From the NCBI GenBank assembly GCA_003707115.1, contig PPNB01000003.1, positions 1-64,000 of the forward strand: DNA of 64,000 nucleotides, given 5' to 3'. The translations under genes and the position numbers were made by a program. The notes under the pieces were generated by a model. The model made no database searches and was not told the origin of the DNA. It saw nothing but the letters and a program-made list of their open reading frames with translations. Source of the DNA: Tortispora ganteri (lineage: Eukaryota). How positions within the stretch are numbered: the stretch's first letter is position 1; each line of letters begins with the position of its first letter. Of the stretch, positions 28,151-37,820 are shown in pieces.

Positions 28151-31100
28151 CTAGAGGGAGTTACGCCTAACCAGTTTCTTCTGTCGTGCGTCCTTTTTGC
28201 TTCCAAATCCAGGAATTCCATCCAGCTTTCCTTCAGATACAAGTCGACTCAGTTCACGTCGGCCGTATTGGTATCCAACTCGGTAAACCTCATCAAACTT
28301 GCCGAAATCCAAGGTCGCAAAGTCATCAATAGGTGGACGTAGGTAAAAGCAGCCAGGAAGTTGTTTGACTTTTTCGAGCGCCCCTACCGATGACACATAA
28401 GCCAAACGTGCTTGTATTTCTGCAAGATTAGGTGGATTGGGCTGCGTAGAAAATGGATTCCATCTATTAAATATTACCCAAAGTCCAGATAATGTGTCAC
28501 CATAAGACATAGGAGTAGTATCGTCCATACTACCTACATCTATTGCCAGAATGATATTGGCTCCAAGCTTTTTCATGTGATCCACAGGCAAATTATCAAC
28601 ATATCCGCCGTCCAAAAGCATACTTCCGTTATCCGTCACAGGGGGTAAAAGGCCTGCTAGTGACATAGATGCTCTAATATATCGCCATGCGTATCCATAT
28701 GAGTGGATCTCCATTCGAGAATGTGTAATATTGGTGGTATTGTTGAAGTACTGTAACCAAAAGTCTTCAATACGACCGTTACCAAAAATCTTCCAGATAC
28801 CACGATTAAACTCATGACCGGTCAAATATGCAGTCGCAGGATAGGTCAAATCAAATATGTTTCTCCAGATACTACCAATTCTTCCGGAGAATTGCTTAAC
28901 ACGTCCATATATAGGCACAAGATCGGAATCACGCGCGTACAATCCTCCAACAAACGATCCAATAGAAGTACCACCGACTATATCAACGGGAATTCCTAGC
29001 TCTTCAATTGCACGAATCATTCCAACGTGTGCAATACCTCGTGCACCTCCTCCGCCTAAAACTAAACCAACTGCATCTCCTGACAGGATTCTAGCCATTC
29101 GCGCAAAATCGTTCTTATAGGTGTGTGAAGACGAGTACACTGGCATAACTTTGCGGTTTTCTCTTCTGAATGCATACTTCTGAAGCTCTGATTGCCAATC
29201 CTGCATCTTGCTTTTGATAGAAGCTAGCTTTCCTGTGAGCTCGTTCCTTTGAATCATGTTCGTTTTGTACGGTATCTGTACATGGTAGTGTCTTTCAATC
29301 CAAGGACGGTTTCTCAGCCATTTGTCTGTCATTCCAGGTGGCACGTATCTCTCCGGATGGATTAGAACCAGTTCTTTACGTGCCGTAGATTTTGAGCCTA
29401 ACATAAACTGTTCATATTCACCGACTATGGCATCTCCTTGGTCCAAAGCGACAAGTAGAATGCAGTCCGACTGTGAAACACATACTTCCGTCCATGTAGT
29501 GGGCGCCTTGCCATCTGCTAGATATAGTACAAGGTCGTACTTCTCTTCCATATCTGATAAGTATCCTGATAGTTTTAACTGTCCTAGTGTACTGAAAGCT
29601 AACCGCCCTAAATGGTTGAGTACAGTAGCCTGATTTAGCATGACAGCTTTCTTACCAATTTGATGAAATGCTGAAAGTAGATTTTGCCCAAACATTTCTA
29701 AAGGTATATCTTTAGATGCGGGTATAATGCCTATAGTTCTCATACTGGTATGTTGCAATACATCTGTAGGTCCGGTACCAAAATTCCGTAGTCCTGCCTT
29801 GGTAGAGACTTCCGAGAGTCTGGCAGCTATAATTCTAGAAGTCTGAAAAGTGATTGCCGGATGCTCAGCGGCTAGAGTCTCAAAAAGAATTCGCGGGATA
29901 CGCACTACCTCAGTCTTCCTTATGGCATGGACTGTGAACGGCCTTTTTGCAATAGTGAGTACTTCCAATTCGCCAATACTGTCTCCCTGACCGCATTCAC
30001 GAATAACATGAGTTTTTCCATTTTCGTGATCCACGCAACGAACCCGACCATTAAGAATAATGTATAAGGAATCGGCAGAATCGTTCTTTCTGTACAATAC
30101 CTGCCCGGCATCCAGAGGGACCCATTCTAACGAAAAATCAAGATGCAATATTAGTTGCGGGAGGTTCTCTTTAAGCTTGCGTATCACACCAAATACCAAT
30201 GTGGGGTACCTATCAAAAATCTTCTCAATAACTGATTTCGAAATGTACCCAACATATACGTCGGTTTTTGCATAAATATCTACCAAGCTAGTACTGCTGC
30301 AGATAGTAGACACATATCCGGCGATTCCACCCGGTTTGACTTCATATATAGTTTCCATTTCCGAACTAAAAGTATTAGGACATTTCATCTCTAAGAAACC
30401 ATCAATCAAAAACAGTAAACCAAGGCTAGTATCATTATGTGAGATAATTTTTGTGTCCTTCTTGTAGTGTATAAGATGGACATTTCGTTCCAGTTCGGCT
30501 CTGGCGGCAGCTACTCTGTCTTGAGTAACTGAGAAATGAGAACTGGTCTCGTCGTCCGCAGAATTAATGTCCAGAGCTGCTAGAGCGGGTACAGGACCAA
30601 ATCCTGGCGCAGACCGTATTGACGGACTTAGATCGTGATTAAGATCCAAGCCATGTTTTCCATTTCTATTTAAAGGGCTGTAGTTGTCAGATTGTTTGTT
30701 AGTAACAACTATATCGTTGTCGAGGCCAATTTGCGTCATAAATATATCGACAATAGCGTTGCGAATAACAGTGTCTTCGTTATCATCTTCGCTTGAGTCT
30801 GAAAAACTGACATTAGCAGAATAGTTTTTAGCTTTATCTGCTAGGCCTTGTATAGACAGAGAAGTGTCGCGACGACTAAGAGGAACACTAGATAGCAGGT
30901 CTCCCGGGTGGTTCTCATTAGGGTCAATTTGGACGCGTCTTGTAACTTTGCCGTTCTCGTTGGGGGCGGAGAACTTCATATCTTTATGGTTTCTTCGCTT
31001 AACGGGGCTAATAACAGTTCCAAGACCATCTGCAGTATTAGATGAGGTTACGGAGTCGCTCTGTTCGGCATTATAGAACCTGTCTTTAAGTCTCTCTATA

Positions 31101-32128
31101 GCTCCGTCGCGCAAGTATGTAGGAAGAAGGTAGTCCATGCTTTGATTGAGGTTGACCTCTGTTTGCATAATCTCGCGAGTGAGGCCAAGGTATCTGTGAC
31201 CTGTCTGAAAAGTAACTCTAACGAAACGGTCGAGAATTGCGTGAAACATGTGCGAGGCAGCCTTTGGATGCAAGGACATCACTCTTCTGAAGGCGAAAGC
31301 AGGAATGACGGCTATAGTTGTGTCAACTTTAGCGCATGCGATAACTGTTGGTACAGTATCCGATTCTGTATTTTCTAGTGGTGTTCTTTCTCCTGGAGAA
31401 TATATAGATGAAGCCGGAAGCAGAGTATCGTAAGGTTCTGGGAACTGCGGGACAGACATGATACCACCAACTGAACTGAGGCGTCTTGTGAGGTCTGAAG
31501 AGGATGTGCGGGACTCATTACGGGATTCTGAACCTTTTGCAGCTTTAAGAAAAAGCGACAAGTTGAGTATGAGTGAAGTAAGTGGCGATCCAGGCCCAAC
31601 TTCTGTGAGTATACGGTATTTATGTTTACCGTTGACGAGAATCTGACGAAGACCATTAGCGGACTGATCTGGAAGAGAATTAGAATCTGCTGAGTGTACA
31701 AAAACTTCTGCAATTCCGTCTACAGTAATACAAAAACCGCTTTCCTCGTTAAGGCTGATAATATCTCCCTCTGCAAGTTTGAATGTTTGCATATTCCTTG
31801 TGAGCTCGTGGAAGACCTGACGGTCAAGGTAGCCGAATATCTTAATTGCACCCATAAAGTCATCTACATAGGTATTAAATCCTTGCTTTTGATCACGACG
31901 GTCATCGGGTATAAAATCGACATGCGGAACTTCATGTCTAGGCTCTTCCTTGAGTTTAGCATATGATGTTAGGTACCTGTAGCGGACTATAGCTAATACT
32001 ATGATCACTGCAGCGGCAATAATAAGCAATAATGTCGAGAATGGTAGCGTAATACTGTAGCTACGACCAAGAAGTAATAGAATATATCCTGGTATTGTAA
32101 CAGTTATCATATGCAATATGCGGATCAT
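28151..32128 (-). CDS. NTE1: Lysophospholipase Nte1 (patatin domain with cNMP-binding domains)
   Basis: N-terminal membrane segments, AIKIFGYL, cNMP-like domains, GGGGARG, GTSIG, DGG and C-terminal RRNSL. Confidence 0.96.
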   Translation of the reverse strand: MIRILHMITVTIPGYILLLLGRSYSITLPFSTLLLIIAAAVIIVLAIVRYRYLTSYAKLKEEPRHEVPHVDFIPDDRRDQKQGFNTYVDDFMGAIKIFGYLDRQVFHELTRNMQTFKLAEGDIISLNEESGFCITVDGIAEVFVHSADSNSLPDQSANGLRQILVNGKHKYRILTEVGPGSPLTSLILNLSLFLKAAKGSESRNESRTSSSDLTRRLSSVGGIMSVPQFPEPYDTLLPASSIYSPGERTPLENTESDTVPTVIACAKVDTTIAVIPAFAFRRVMSLHPKAASHMFHAILDRFVRVTFQTGHRYLGLTREIMQTEVNLNQSMDYLLPTYLRDGAIERLKDRFYNAEQSDSVTSSNTADGLGTVISPVKRRNHKDMKFSAPNENGKVTRRVQIDPNENHPGDLLSSVPLSRRDTSLSIQGLADKAKNYSANVSFSDSSEDDNEDTVIRNAIVDIFMTQIGLDNDIVVTNKQSDNYSPLNRNGKHGLDLNHDLSPSIRSAPGFGPVPALAALDINSADDETSSHFSVTQDRVAAARAELERNVHLIHYKKDTKIISHNDTSLGLLFLIDGFLEMKCPNTFSSEMETIYEVKPGGIAGYVSTICSSTSLVDIYAKTDVYVGYISKSVIEKIFDRYPTLVFGVIRKLKENLPQLILHLDFSLEWVPLDAGQVLYRKNDSADSLYIILNGRVRCVDHENGKTHVIRECGQGDSIGELEVLTIAKRPFTVHAIRKTEVVRIPRILFETLAAEHPAITFQTSRIIAARLSEVSTKAGLRNFGTGPTDVLQHTSMRTIGIIPASKDIPLEMFGQNLLSAFHQIGKKAVMLNQATVLNHLGRLAFSTLGQLKLSGYLSDMEEKYDLVLYLADGKAPTTWTEVCVSQSDCILLVALDQGDAIVGEYEQFMLGSKSTARKELVLIHPERYVPPGMTDKWLRNRPWIERHYHVQIPYKTNMIQRNELTGKLASIKSKMQDWQSELQKYAFRRENRKVMPVYSSSHTYKNDFARMARILSGDAVGLVLGGGGARGIAHVGMIRAIEELGIPVDIVGGTSIGSFVGGLYARDSDLVPIYGRVKQFSGRIGSIWRNIFDLTYPATAYLTGHEFNRGIWKIFGNGRIEDFWLQYFNNTTNITHSRMEIHSYGYAWRYIRASMSLAGLLPPVTDNGSMLLDGGYVDNLPVDHMKKLGANIILAIDVGSMDDTTPMSYGDTLSGLWVIFNRWNPFSTQPNPPNLAEIQARLAYVSSVGALEKVKQLPGCFYLRPPIDDFATLDFGKFDEVYRVGYQYGRRELSRLVSEGKLDGIPGFGSKKDARQKKLVRRNSL

Positions 32129-32413
32129 TTGTACAGGCGGTTTTATATCAAGGTAATGCGAAGAGTTGGTGAATGGAGTGGGGGAGGTTTGAAGCTTATT
32201 TTTAGTCTATCACAGATTTCTAGCCAGAAGTAGCAAAAATTACAAAATGCAATCTACAATTATTACAAATTACAAAAATACCTAAACTTGAAATAATAAA
32301 AATAACAAAATTTGATATTTTGATTTTTCAAAATTATCATAGACTTGACTTTTGACGAGATTCTTAACTTTGCACGCAAATAAAAAAGTTTAACCTAACA
32401 TCCGTATGCAAAA

Positions 32414-34159
32414 ATGATAATCAATCACGGAAAATTGCTAAGAACTGTATATTTACGGTACTTTAGTAATCTTAATCGATCAGGTATCAAAGTTCCGACC
32501 ACTAAATCAGCATCATTAAAAGGAAATGTCACTATTATGCCTAGCTTTCGGCGACGTCCACTTACACTCCCTTTCGATCCCGTCACAACACGATCATGGG
32601 CAGATATAAACATCCCGCTAGACGTCGAACAGACGCTTGTCAATACCGGATATACCAGGCCCTCTGCCGTTCAAAGATCAATGTTTGCGCTCCTCGGAAG
32701 CGGCCTTTCACTGCTCGTCAGATCTCCACCAGGCGCTGGCAAATCCTTCGCAGCCCTCCTCTATTCTTTACTGACAAAACGCTCTCTCGATAACTCCGTA
32801 GGCCACCTTATACTAGTGCCTAACCTCGATCTCGGGTTTCAGTATGTCAACTGGGCATCTCAGATTCTCAAAGACTCTCCTTATGAGACTCACATGCTCT
32901 ACCAGTTGCTTGCCCGCCAGAACGAACAGGAAGACGCCCGCCAAATCCAACAACTGCAAGATAACCCTCACCCTTTAATCCTTATCGCCACTCCTACTAG
33001 ACTCCTCGATGTTATAGAGTCACATCCGGACCTTGCCCGTTCCTGTTTTAGCCGTTTCAGTACTCTCATAATAGACGAAATGGCCACTATGCTGCCTACT
33101 CTCCCGCGGTTCGCCAGCGCTGAGGAAATTCGCTCATTCAATCTTCATAAACCACCGGCAAAAATCTGCATAGATTATATTCTCAAAATTAGGGATGCAG
33201 AGGTATCAAATTATCAGAAAAATGTGCCCCTTAGACTAATCGCCATGGACGCCGCTGCTAACTCCTCCATGGCACACTACATAGTCGACTCTAAATGGGT
33301 TAATCCCATGTTTTTCTTCCGTCTAGGGCTTGATCCTCCAGGCGGCCGTGCTATTTGCCGCTTACCTAACAATATCGATATACATACTATCGAGTTCGAC
33401 ACACTAGACCAGGCACAAGGCCAACTCAATATGCAGCCTCTACGTTTACCGCTTGTCAACAAGAAAGATATCTTCAAAACTGATTATGAAGCCCGACTCA
33501 CTACACAAAAACTTCGTCGAATGTCGACTATCCTTCGCTCTACGCCCCAGACAGGTGATATTGATCCCGACTACGTCAAGGCAGTTATGCATCTCTGGCA
33601 ACTGGAAGGATCACGCAGGTCTTTAATCGTTATACCTCCTCATAAGTCCAGAGACAAGCTCGTGGATTTGTTCACTCAAGCAGGAATGTCTGCCGCTGTA
33701 CTCAAATACGAAGATGAAAACCTTACTATATCGTTCAATGGGAAGAAAATTAATGGAAACACATTGTTCTCTTCTGACGATGAACATCAACCCGATCTTC
33801 TCATAGCTAACACGCAGCAAATACGAGGTTTGTCGATATCTGGACTTACTAGAATGTATGTTCTAGGTCTGGATTGTATTGAGACGGCCTCTGATCTGTA
33901 CACGATCCCAGGCCGGCTCCGTGTTACTGATGCTCCTGATGTCGTGGATAACGACAGAGGAAGTTACATGGATGACAATAGGGGAAAATGTTTCATATTA
34001 CAAAAAGGAAGTGAAACAACCGGCGGAGAACGACTTTTTATGAGCATACGTCTAACCAGAATGTATATAGAGCCAGATGTGTACACTAAACTGTTCACTT
34101 CTGCGGACGTTCAGCCATATTTGGTCGATATTCCCGCTGATGATGCGCCTACAGACTAA
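32414..34159 (+). CDS. Divergent DEAD-box-like SF2 helicase-fold protein, probably mitochondrial
   Basis: Q motif (W..I.IP...GYTRPSAVQ), SPPGAGKS, LILVPNLDL, IATPTRLLD and IIDEMA; motifs III and VI degenerate; basic, acid-free N-terminus. Confidence 0.75.
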   Translation: MIINHGKLLRTVYLRYFSNLNRSGIKVPTTKSASLKGNVTIMPSFRRRPLTLPFDPVTTRSWADINIPLDVEQTLVNTGYTRPSAVQRSMFALLGSGLSLLVRSPPGAGKSFAALLYSLLTKRSLDNSVGHLILVPNLDLGFQYVNWASQILKDSPYETHMLYQLLARQNEQEDARQIQQLQDNPHPLILIATPTRLLDVIESHPDLARSCFSRFSTLIIDEMATMLPTLPRFASAEEIRSFNLHKPPAKICIDYILKIRDAEVSNYQKNVPLRLIAMDAAANSSMAHYIVDSKWVNPMFFFRLGLDPPGGRAICRLPNNIDIHTIEFDTLDQAQGQLNMQPLRLPLVNKKDIFKTDYEARLTTQKLRRMSTILRSTPQTGDIDPDYVKAVMHLWQLEGSRRSLIVIPPHKSRDKLVDLFTQAGMSAAVLKYEDENLTISFNGKKINGNTLFSSDDEHQPDLLIANTQQIRGLSISGLTRMYVLGLDCIETASDLYTIPGRLRVTDAPDVVDNDRGSYMDDNRGKCFILQKGSETTGGERLFMSIRLTRMYIEPDVYTKLFTSADVQPYLVDIPADDAPTD

Positions 34160-34264
34160 CATTAATAACACCATTTCAATATGTTCTGTATATTAGATGG
34201 TCATATCGCTATGCCCTTATATTTAAGTCATTTATATATAAAATGTATGTTCTTTTTTTGCATG

Positions 34265-35566
34265 TCACTCTAAGAAAGCCTTGTCAAAAAGAGAAGCTAT
34301 GCTTTCACCGTAATGGTTTCGTCTAATACATTCAGCCAACAGACTGGACATATCAATAACAACGAGTTTCTTAGACTGTGTGCGTTTTCTCGAGTCAATA
34401 GGGAATGTATTGGTAACCACCACACGATCTATACAAGGTTCATTCTCAAGTGAGTTCAATGAATCTGCACTGAGAACTCCATGCGTAGCAACAATCACAA
34501 CATGTTTCGCACCTCCAAAGAATCTACAATGTTCAGCTGCATTGATGAAGCTATCTGGGCGATCCAGGATATCGTCCACGATAATGGCAGTGCGGTCCCT
34601 AACATTGCCAACAAGTGTAATTGTCTTGTCGGTAGGATTAGACTTTATAGCAGCTTCTCGGCCGATTCGTTCGATATCTGCAGGTTCCTTAACAGCTTCA
34701 ATAGGATACTCTTCATCGTCTGAACTGTTAACTTCGGCGTCAACCGTACCACCAAGAGCATGCTCAGTAGCAGACATAACCGATATAATTGATTCAGACA
34801 TTTGACAACTTTCATTACCAGTTTCTTCGGAGTAATCTTCTTCGACAACACGTCCTTGCACAATTCTAGCTGTAATAAACTCAGATTCAGAAATTATAGG
34901 TGCAGAACTGTCTTCCTGTGGTGCCATACTAGAACTGCGAGAATAGGTCGGACGAGAGGGCCTATATGGCTTTCGGCGCTTATCCGTGTTTATCATTGCG
35001 AAATCAATTTTGAGCATATCAGCCAGCCCAGTAACGCGTTTAGTACCGCCTGGGTTTTTAGATACAACAACAGCATTCTGCCAGTTTTCTACATTGTGTC
35101 TGATCCAACGGGCAAGGAGCGGTGCTGAATATAGATTATCCACAGGAACATGGAAAAACCCTTGCATTTGCGAAGAGTGAAGGTCAACAGTAATTACATG
35201 ATCAACACCAGCCATGACCATCAAATTTGATATCATTTTGGCTACAATTGCACCTCTGTGTTTCTTCATCTTGCTCTGCTTAGAGTAAGGGAAATAGGGC
35301 AATATGGCAGTGATCCGTTTCGCTGATCCGCCCCTTAAGGCAGATACTAGAATCAGTAGTTCCATAATATTATCATTAACTATAGAGCTTCCACTTTGAA
35401 TCACATAAGTATCTTCGTCCCGAACAGATACGCCAATTGATACAGAAGTTTCGCCATTTGAAAACTTGGTCAAGGTGCAGGGAGCAGGTTCCACGCCTAA
35501 TCGCTCACACACGAGCTTGCCAAGTTCAGGGTTAGAAGATCCAATGAATACTTTGGATTTTCGCAT
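34265..35566 (-). CDS. PRS5: Ribose-phosphate pyrophosphokinase, Prs5-type subunit with central insertion
   Basis: KFSNGET, PYFPYSKQSKMKKHRGAI, DLHSSQMQGFF, VVSKNPGGTKR, a long acidic insertion, ITLVGNVR and IRRNHYGESI. Confidence 0.9.
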   Translation of the reverse strand: MRKSKVFIGSSNPELGKLVCERLGVEPAPCTLTKFSNGETSVSIGVSVRDEDTYVIQSGSSIVNDNIMELLILVSALRGGSAKRITAILPYFPYSKQSKMKKHRGAIVAKMISNLMVMAGVDHVITVDLHSSQMQGFFHVPVDNLYSAPLLARWIRHNVENWQNAVVVSKNPGGTKRVTGLADMLKIDFAMINTDKRRKPYRPSRPTYSRSSSMAPQEDSSAPIISESEFITARIVQGRVVEEDYSEETGNESCQMSESIISVMSATEHALGGTVDAEVNSSDDEEYPIEAVKEPADIERIGREAAIKSNPTDKTITLVGNVRDRTAIIVDDILDRPDSFINAAEHCRFFGGAKHVVIVATHGVLSADSLNSLENEPCIDRVVVTNTFPIDSRKRTQSKKLVVIDMSSLLAECIRRNHYGESIASLFDKAFLE

Positions 35567-37820
35567 ATTTTCTTTTTTCTTTTTTTCGTCACGTACTCGC
35601 AGTCAGCAGAATAATATCAACTCTTTAAGAAATTGTGGAGCGAAATGCCGTGTCCAACCAAGGGCAGGAAAACAGTGAAAAGGTGGAAAAAAAGTTCATT
35701 ATTCAAGTTTCTGGGTTAGGGTATTAATATGACATATTAGATCGGAAAGTCGAATTGACAGCGTATCAGATTGCATGTAGTTGCGTCCTCGTACGAGACT
35801 TTGTGAGGTTGTAAACGTAGATTGAATATTTGTTTGTTTTTCAATTGTATGTGTTTGTGCGTTTATCTTATTTCAGAGACAAGATTAAGACTGAATAGAA
35901 ACTGTAAGATGCTTTAGTCTAAATAACAAGAAAAGGAAGTCTTACCTTCTAGTCAGAAATGAACAAGCCTATTTTTAGTGTGTATATGAAAGCAAGAAAT
36001 TAGTTGTAAAAGTTGTATGAGAAATATTGAATTAATGTTATAGATATTTCAGTGTGCATTGGTGTTGGTGTTGTATAAAAGGTAGCATCTGACATTGTGA
36101 CCTAATTGGTAATATTTGTGTATTAAAGAGGTGGTATTTAGTAGGATTAACAAAACGGCATCAATCATGTGACAATTACAGTAGTGCTAATTTTAGAGTG
36201 GCAAAACTTTCAGTAAGGCATTCAGATTTTTTAGTGTCACTTTAAGGACTATTTCAAGATCGGCATCGAACTGCATATCCGATACATTGCTAGAGCCGCA
36301 CAAACTGAATGAAACTCTGTTTTACATAGATCACATAGAGATTATTAGTTTTGATTGGCATATGCAGATTTGAAATATGATTAAAAGATCTAATTAGTTT
36401 AATGGTCTTTAAAACAAAGCATGAAATCGTACAGTACGGCTTTGTCTAGTCAAAACCTTATTTTTTTACTTTGCGAGTATATTAGCCAATCTAGTAATAA
36501 TAGACCAATGAGTTAATATTATTAAAAATAAGTAAAATATTTACGGGCCAATTAAGTGAGCAAATAATATTTGTTTTATTATTGTACATTCATGTAAAAA
36601 TGCAAGTTGTAAGAAAAACAACTTTCAATATGGAAAAGCCCTTATTGTGTCATGTCAAAATTGAACCTTAAAAACCTTAGCATTGATAAACCAATAACAA
36701 TTAACTGAAATCACACATAAATTAAGTACAAGAAGCAATATTATTGCCATAACAAGAAATCTAAATACATCCTAATATGACACCGTAAAGAGACATTATT
36801 TTTGTATCATCTTTATAAAAGGAGAGCCGCTTAACTAGATGACATATAGCTAGGAATTAGAAAGGAGGGCTTATATACTATTTAATATTAAGTAAACTTT
36901 ATTTGTGCTTGATCTAAAATCCAGCCAGACTGGGCATTAGTGTCGAGCAAGGCAAAGTGCATTACCGTAGTATAAAAATTTGTTTAGTAATATTAATATT
37001 TAATTAGATTAATAATGAAGCTGTTTATGTAACATCTTACGGCAATTTGTGGAGTTACTGAGCGTAATGCTTATTACTACACGTTGATGATCTTCACGCG
37101 TAACTGTCAATGTCGTATAAACTTTATGCTAGCGCATACTACAGCTTATCGTCCTCATTCCTAAATAACAAGTAGCTAATACTTTAGTAGAATTACAATA
37201 ACTCTATTATGTTTGGTTTTTTTTTTTTGGTTACCTCTCTGTAAATAATCCCTACTTCTACAATACAGGTGTCGGTCCGGGGTAATGTATAAACCTTATC
37301 ATGTTTAAGATTTAAGTTTTGACAGTAAACTTCATGCTTGCGACGCCATTTATTCCAACTTAGACAGAACCATAACATCAAACAAAAAACGAACTTGGAC
37401 AGTCCAGTGACCCAAAAGAATTAGAGCAGTTATTTTTTTGCTTTTAAAATTATTGACTTTAATCTTTTTTCTAAAACTCAGCCAATGAAAGATTTCGCAG
37501 AGTATGTGCATTAAAAGTGGCACATTGAGCAACATATGGCTCATTAGAGCCGCGTCCCTTTTGAGCCATGAAGCGGCTCTAAGTGGAAAATTAGATCCTT
37601 AGATACAATTTGCCAATTAAAATCATTTTTTCTCTTGGGCCATATCTAATCAGCTCCCTTTCATGTAATCTTATCAATTGAGCCCGTGAAGCCTTTCCGA
37701 GCTCTTTGAGTTTGACTGGTCTTTCATATACTCTTCTTTCGCCCTACATAAAAGCTATGCCCTTTTTTTCGCTTCCCTTAAAGCAATCCTTGGCTTTTTG
37801 GTTTCAGTTTATGAGCGACA

